Shown here: positions 35,879-40,683 of the stretch, one piece after another
Numbering within the stretch: the first letter of the stretch is position 1
How the letters are laid out: every line of letters starts with the position of its first letter
Assembly (NCBI GenBank): GCA_040389905.1
Contig: JAZJZK010000024.1
Coordinates: 1-40,683 of the forward strand
From: Gemmatimonadota bacterium
Lineage (GTDB): Bacteria; Gemmatimonadota; Gemmatimonadetes; Gemmatimonadales; Gemmatimonadaceae
Direction of reading: 5' to 3'
Length of the DNA stretch: 40,683 nt
Notes under the pieces: model-generated
What the model was told of the DNA's origin: nothing
Database searches by the model: none
Seen by the model: only the letters and a program-made list of their open reading frames with translations
Made by a program: the position numbers and the translations under genes

Positions 35879-36790
35879 ATGGCAGCGCATGCAGGTCCCC
35901 TCGCCGCGACCGACGCGCGCAGTGTCCGCCGTCGTCTTGCCGGCGACACGCGCGTTCGCATCGCCATCGTCGTCCTCACGCTGCTCGCGCTGTCTGCGGC
36001 CTTTGCATCACAGATCAGCCCCTATGATCCCAAGGAGCATCTCGGGATCACCACCCTCAACGGCAAACCGCCCTCCCTCGCGCATCCCTTCGGCACCGAT
36101 CCCTTCAGCCGTGACGTGTTCTCGCGACTCATTCACGGCACGCGCGTTTCGCTCGTCATTGCGTTTGGCGCCGTCGCGCTGGCCACGACACTCGGCACAG
36201 TGCTGGGCGCCATCGCGGGGTATGTGGGCGGGGTCGTGGACAGCGTCATCATGCGCGTGGTCGATGCGGCGCTCGCGATCCCGCCATTGCTGTTGCTCAT
36301 CGTCGTCATCGCGCTGTGGGGGAGCATTGGCATCGTGCCGCTCGCGCTGCTCATTGGCAACGTACAGTGGTTCGGGACAAGCCGGCTCGTCCGCGCCGAG
36401 ACAGTCGCGCTCCGCGACACGGACTTTGTCGTGGCGGCCCGCGCACTTGGCGTTCCCGGGCCGGTCATTCTCTGGCGGCACGTGCTGCCGAATGCCGTCG
36501 GGCCGGCCATTGTCGGCGCGGCGCTTGCGGTCGGTAACATCATCCTGCTCGAGGCGGGGCTCTCCTATCTCGGCATCGGCGTGCCCCAACCCACACCGAG
36601 CTGGGGGAACATCATTCAGGATGGCTCGGAACGGGTCTCCGATCTCTGGTGGCTCACCCTTTTCCCTGGTCTCGCCATTCTCGTCACAGTATTTGCCTGT
36701 AATGCGCTGGGCGATGCCTTGCGGGAAGCGCTCGATCCACGGCAGCTTCAGGCCTCGCCCCTCGAAGACACTCTCCACCACTCAGCATGA
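35879..36790 (+). CDS. Peptide ABC transporter permease (OppC/DppC family)
   Basis: 'HPFGTD', EAA-like 'FVVAARALG', '[16 protein letters not shown]', '[10 protein letters not shown]'. Confidence 0.93.
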   Translation: MAAHAGPLAATDARSVRRRLAGDTRVRIAIVVLTLLALSAAFASQISPYDPKEHLGITTLNGKPPSLAHPFGTDPFSRDVFSRLIHGTRVSLVIAFGAVALATTLGTVLGAIAGYVGGVVDSVIMRVVDAALAIPPLLLLIVVIALWGSIGIVPLALLIGNVQWFGTSRLVRAETVALRDTDFVVAARALGVPGPVILWRHVLPNAVGPAIVGAALAVGNIILLEAGLSYLGIGVPQPTPSWGNIIQDGSERVSDLWWLTLFPGLAILVTVFACNALGDALREALDPRQLQASPLEDTLHHSA

Positions 36791-37818
36791 CCGCTCCGCT
36801 GCTCGAGCTCGACAATCTTCATACGTCGTTCTACACCGACGCCGGCGTCGCTCGCTCCGTCGACGGCGTGTCGTTCAGCATCGGCCATGGTGAGACGCTC
36901 GGCGTGGTGGGGGAATCGGGCTGCGGAAAGAGCGTCACAGCGCTCTCGATTCTGCGCCTCGTTCGCCCACCGGGCCGCATCGAGGCAGGCAGCGCGATTC
37001 GATTCGAGGGCAAGGACCTGCTGACGCTGGGTGAAAAGGAGATGCAGGGCGTTCGGGGAAACCGCATCGCCATGGTGTTCCAGGAGCCCATGACGGCGCT
37101 CAATCCCGTCTTCACCGTGGGGGATCAGATCGCCGAGGTGGCGCGGATTCACGCGGGGATGTCGAAGCGTGAGGCTGCTGCGAAGGCGGTGGAGATGCTG
37201 CGGCTCGTCGGCATCCCGGCACCGGAACAGCGCGCAGACGAGTACCCGCACCAGTTGTCCGGTGGCATGCGGCAGCGCGTCGTCATCGCGATGGCGCTCG
37301 TGATGAATCCGGCGCTGGTCATCGCCGACGAACCAACGACGGCACTCGACGTCACCATCCAGGCGCAGATTCTCGAGCTGCTCGCCGACCTCACGAAGCG
37401 GCTCGGGACTTCCATTTTGCTCATCACGCATGATCTCGGTGTCGTCGCGGAAAACTGCTCGCGCGTGATCGTGATGTACGCCGGCGAGGTGGTCGAGGAA
37501 GCGAGCACCGTCGATCTCTTCGCAAGCGCGCATCACCCGTACACGGAAGGATTGCTCGGCGCGATGCCGCGTGTTGGTGGAAGCGCCGAGCGGCTCGCGA
37601 CTATTCCTGGCACCGTGCCTCCGCCCACCGCGTGGCCGTCTGGTTGTCGCTTTCGTGAACGCTGCCAGTACGCGTGGGAACGGTGTGAAAGTGAGCACCC
37701 GCCACTGTATCAGATTGGTGGGGGCCACACGTCGCGCTGCCACCTGGCCGCAGAACCGGAGCGGCGTGCGCATCCCCACCTGCCCATCGCCTCGCAGAAG
37801 GGAGTGAGCGCCGCATGA
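36787..37818 (+). CDS. Peptide ABC transporter ATP-binding protein (OppD family)
   Basis: [27 protein letters not shown]-terminal Cys cluster. Confidence 0.95.
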   Translation: MTAPLLELDNLHTSFYTDAGVARSVDGVSFSIGHGETLGVVGESGCGKSVTALSILRLVRPPGRIEAGSAIRFEGKDLLTLGEKEMQGVRGNRIAMVFQEPMTALNPVFTVGDQIAEVARIHAGMSKREAAAKAVEMLRLVGIPAPEQRADEYPHQLSGGMRQRVVIAMALVMNPALVIADEPTTALDVTIQAQILELLADLTKRLGTSILLITHDLGVVAENCSRVIVMYAGEVVEEASTVDLFASAHHPYTEGLLGAMPRVGGSAERLATIPGTVPPPTAWPSGCRFRERCQYAWERCESEHPPLYQIGGGHTSRCHLAAEPERRAHPHLPIASQKGVSAA

Positions 37819-38897
37819 CGACCCCTCTTCTCTCGGTACGCAACCTCGTCAAGCACTTTCCCATCAAGAAGGGAGTGTTCGGCAAGGTGAGTGGCCAGGT
37901 GCGCGCGGTCGATGGCGTGTCGTTCGACGTAAGCGCCGGCGAGACGCTCGCGCTCGTCGGAGAGTCCGGCTGCGGTAAATCGACTACGGGGCGCGCGGTG
38001 CTTCGGTTGATCGAACCGACCTCCGGCTCCGTGCATTTCGACGGCAATGACGTACTCGGTTTGGGCGCAGGCGATCTGCGGCGCCTTCGAAGAAAGATGC
38101 AGATCGTCTTTCAGGATCCGTTCTCGTCGCTCAATCCACGCATGTCCGTTGGCGCGATCGTGCGAGAGGGGCTGACGATTCACAAGCTCGCGGAAGGCGC
38201 TGCCGCCGACGCGCGTGTGAAACAGCTGCTCGAGGAAGTCGGCCTTCGGCCGGAATACGCGTCGCGCTACCCGCACGAATTCTCCGGTGGCCAGCGGCAG
38301 CGTGTGGGCATCGCGCGCGCGCTGTCCGTGGAGCCCACCTTCATCGTGTGCGACGAACCGGTCAGTGCGCTCGACGTCAGCGTGCAGGCGCAGGTCGTCA
38401 ACCTGCTGCAGGATCTTCAGCGCGACCGCGGGCTCGCCTACCTCTTCATCGCGCATGATCTCTCCATCGTCGAGCACATCGCCGATCGCGTCGCGGTGAT
38501 GTATCTCGGCCACATCGTCGAGTTGGCGCAGGTGGACGCGCTGTACGGTTCGCCGATGATGCCATACACGCAGGCGCTGCTCTCCGCCGTGCCCGCGCCT
38601 GACCCGGGAGTCAAGCGGGAGCGCATCCTTCTCGCGGGTGACGTTCCGTCCCCGGCGAATCCGCCATCGGGCTGCGTCTTTCATCCGCGCTGCCAGCACC
38701 CCGCGCGCGACGCCTCGTGCGCGGCCATCGTTCCGCCGCTCGAAGAAAAGGCACCCGGCCACTGGGCGGCGTGTATCAAACAGCCGCCCACTTCCGTATC
38801 ATGGGACGCGCAGCGCGCAGCGGGTGGCACGAACGCCCCCGAGTTCTTCCTTCCGCGCGCCGCGCTTCATCGCAGCATCGAGACCTCCTCGCTGTAA
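37815..38897 (+). CDS. Peptide ABC transporter ATP-binding protein (OppF family)
   Basis: [37 protein letters not shown]. Confidence 0.95.
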   Translation: MTTPLLSVRNLVKHFPIKKGVFGKVSGQVRAVDGVSFDVSAGETLALVGESGCGKSTTGRAVLRLIEPTSGSVHFDGNDVLGLGAGDLRRLRRKMQIVFQDPFSSLNPRMSVGAIVREGLTIHKLAEGAAADARVKQLLEEVGLRPEYASRYPHEFSGGQRQRVGIARALSVEPTFIVCDEPVSALDVSVQAQVVNLLQDLQRDRGLAYLFIAHDLSIVEHIADRVAVMYLGHIVELAQVDALYGSPMMPYTQALLSAVPAPDPGVKRERILLAGDVPSPANPPSGCVFHPRCQHPARDASCAAIVPPLEEKAPGHWAACIKQPPTSVSWDAQRAAGGTNAPEFFLPRAALHRSIETSSL

Positions 38898-38914
38898 TCA
38901 CTCCTGAGACATCG

Positions 38915-40495
38915 ATGACAGACAAGTCCGTGTTCGACCAGCCGCAGGCTGCCGCGTTGGCCCATGACGAACCCGCGGCCGCCATCGCGCGCATCGCCGC
39001 CGATCGCAGCTTCTTCGGACACCCCGGCGGCCTCTCGACACTCTTCTTTACGGAGATGTGGGAGCGCTTTTCCTACTATGGAATTCGCCCACTCCTGATC
39101 CTGTTCATGACCGCCGCTCTCGCCAGCGGCGGTTTCGCGTTCACGCGCGAATCGGCGGCGGCCATTGTCGGCATCTATGCGTCATCGGTCTACCTGGCAT
39201 CGCTGCCCGGTGGATGGATCGCGGACCGATGGCTTGGATTGCGGCGGTCGATCTGGTGGGGCGGTGTGCTCATCGCACTCGGCCATCTGTCGATCGCGTT
39301 GTCCGCCGTGTTCGCCCACCAGGCATTCTTCCTCGGCCTCATCCTGATCGTGATGGGCACCGGCCTGCTCAAGCCGAACATCTCGGCCATCGTCGGGCCA
39401 CTGTATCCCGAGGGCGGCGCTCGACGCGACAGCGGATTCGCCATCTTCTATATGGGCATCAACACGGGTGCATTCGTCGCACCATTCCTCACCGGCACCT
39501 TGGGTGAGCGCGTGGGTTGGCACTGGGGCTTTGGCGTCGCCGGCGTCGGCATGCTGGCGGGCCTTCTTACGTTCCGTGCCCGCGCGGAGAAGACGCTCGG
39601 ACCGATCGGCGTTTCGCCATCCGCCGGCCCGGAACAGCAGGCGAAGGTTCGCAACATCACCATCGGCGCGGTATCGATTCTCGCGGTGGTCGTTTTGCTG
39701 GCGATGCTCGGCGTCATCCCCGTGAATCCCGTGGCGATCGCGCAGAAGATGACGATGGTCATCGGCGCGCTCGCGCTGGCCTACTTCACGTACCTGTTCT
39801 TTTTCGCCGGCCTCTCGGGTCCCGAACTGAAGCGCGCCGTCGTCATCCTGGTGCTCTTCATCTTCTCGGCGATTTTCTGGTCCGCGTACGAGCAGGCCCC
39901 GACATCCCTCAACCTCTTCGCGAAAGACTTCACCGACTTGAACGTCCTCGGCTGGAAGATGCCGATCCTGTTCCTTCAGTCGGCGACGCCGTTCTTCGTC
40001 ATCACGCTGTCGCCCGTGTTCGCCGCCATCTGGCTGGCCCTGGCGAAACGGAACATCGATCTCTCGAGCCCGACGAAGTTCGCCTTCGCGCTCGCGATTA
40101 CCGGCGTCTCATTCCTCGTCATGGTCGCCGCGACGAACAAGGTCATCTCCGGCGGCGGCGTTGGCGTGCGCGTCTCGGTGCTCTGGCTCATCGCGACGTA
40201 TTTCCTTCAGGTCGTCGGCGAACTTGCCCTGAGCCCCGTTGGCTTGAGCTCCGTCACGAAGCTCGCGCCGCCCCGCTTCGTCGGCCAGATGATGGGCGTG
40301 TGGTTCATGTCCATCTCGCTCGGCAACCTCGTCGCCGGCCTGCTCGGCGGACATGTGGACCCCGAGAAGCTTGCCGAAATGCCCGCGCTTTTTCAGCACA
40401 CGGCATGGACACTCTTCGCTGCCGCGGCGATCTTGGCGGCCCTGGTGATCCCGATTCGTCGGATGATGGACGAGAAGCCAGCGGGCCCGGGCTGA
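38915..40495 (+). CDS. Proton-dependent oligopeptide transporter (POT/PTR, MFS)
   Basis: FFGHP, EMWERFSYYG, GGWIADRWLG, GLLKPN, FYMGINTG, GELALSPVGLS. Confidence 0.95.
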   Translation: MTDKSVFDQPQAAALAHDEPAAAIARIAADRSFFGHPGGLSTLFFTEMWERFSYYGIRPLLILFMTAALASGGFAFTRESAAAIVGIYASSVYLASLPGGWIADRWLGLRRSIWWGGVLIALGHLSIALSAVFAHQAFFLGLILIVMGTGLLKPNISAIVGPLYPEGGARRDSGFAIFYMGINTGAFVAPFLTGTLGERVGWHWGFGVAGVGMLAGLLTFRARAEKTLGPIGVSPSAGPEQQAKVRNITIGAVSILAVVVLLAMLGVIPVNPVAIAQKMTMVIGALALAYFTYLFFFAGLSGPELKRAVVILVLFIFSAIFWSAYEQAPTSLNLFAKDFTDLNVLGWKMPILFLQSATPFFVITLSPVFAAIWLALAKRNIDLSSPTKFAFALAITGVSFLVMVAATNKVISGGGVGVRVSVLWLIATYFLQVVGELALSPVGLSSVTKLAPPRFVGQMMGVWFMSISLGNLVAGLLGGHVDPEKLAEMPALFQHTAWTLFAAAAILAALVIPIRRMMDEKPAGPG

Positions 40496-40497
40496 CA

Positions 40498-40598
40498 GGC
40501 TGATAACTAGGGATGGGGGCGGGGGTGGGGGCCCCGGGCCAACTGCGGGCTTGGCCGCGGGCTTGGGCTACGGCTGGGGCTGGGGCTTGCCTGCAGGC
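40498..40598 (+). repeat. Third copy of the ~100-bp G-rich repeat unit
   Basis: GGCTGATAACTAGGGATGGGGGC...CCCGGGCCAACTGCGGGCTTGGCCGCGGGCTTGGGCTACGGCTGGGG...GCTTGCCTGCAGGC is nearly identical to 9741-9840. Confidence 0.92.
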
Positions 40599-40628
40599 TC
40601 GGGCTCGGGCTCAGGCTTGGGAGAGGGC

Positions 40629-40683
40629 ACGCCGTTGATCGTACGCCGTTGATCGTACGCCGTTGATCGTACGCCGTTGATCG
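40629..40683. repeat. Perfect 14-bp tandem repeat (ACGCCGTTGATCGT)n, truncated by the window end
   Basis: Three full copies plus 13 bp of a fourth. Confidence 0.95.

Noticed and set aside
40629..40683. CRISPR array
   Set aside because: The 14-bp units are directly adjacent with no spacers, and there are no cas genes.

Overview
High-GC bacterial chromosomal window; gene content and pilin style suggest Gemmatimonadota (inference, not checked by search). It has about 36 protein-coding genes and no rRNA, tRNA, CRISPR array, transposase or integrase that I can support. Four main blocks: (1) a type IV major pilin downstream of a minus-strand DNA end-processing cluster nurA-herA-(secreted protein)-sbcD-sbcC-GNAT, in which sbcD has no ATG/GTG/TTG start and appears to begin at CTG; (2) a degenerate DEAD-box/DbpA-domain protein, tdk and a matrixin protease; (3) two complete minor-pilin operons (fimT-pilV-pilW-pilX-like) plus a stand-alone pilX paralogue, flanking an AraC-type regulator, a ZU5-like lipoprotein, a TPR protein and coaE; (4) gcvH, gcvP, a lipoate ligase, a peptide ABC transporter and a POT peptide transporter. 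All three minor-pilin transcription units carry the same upstream motif (ACATT-N10-AWTGT, with half-sites repeated at 21 bp). Several unrelated extragenic palindromic repeats occur, including a ~100-bp G-rich unit in three copies. The window ends in a 14-bp tandem repeat.
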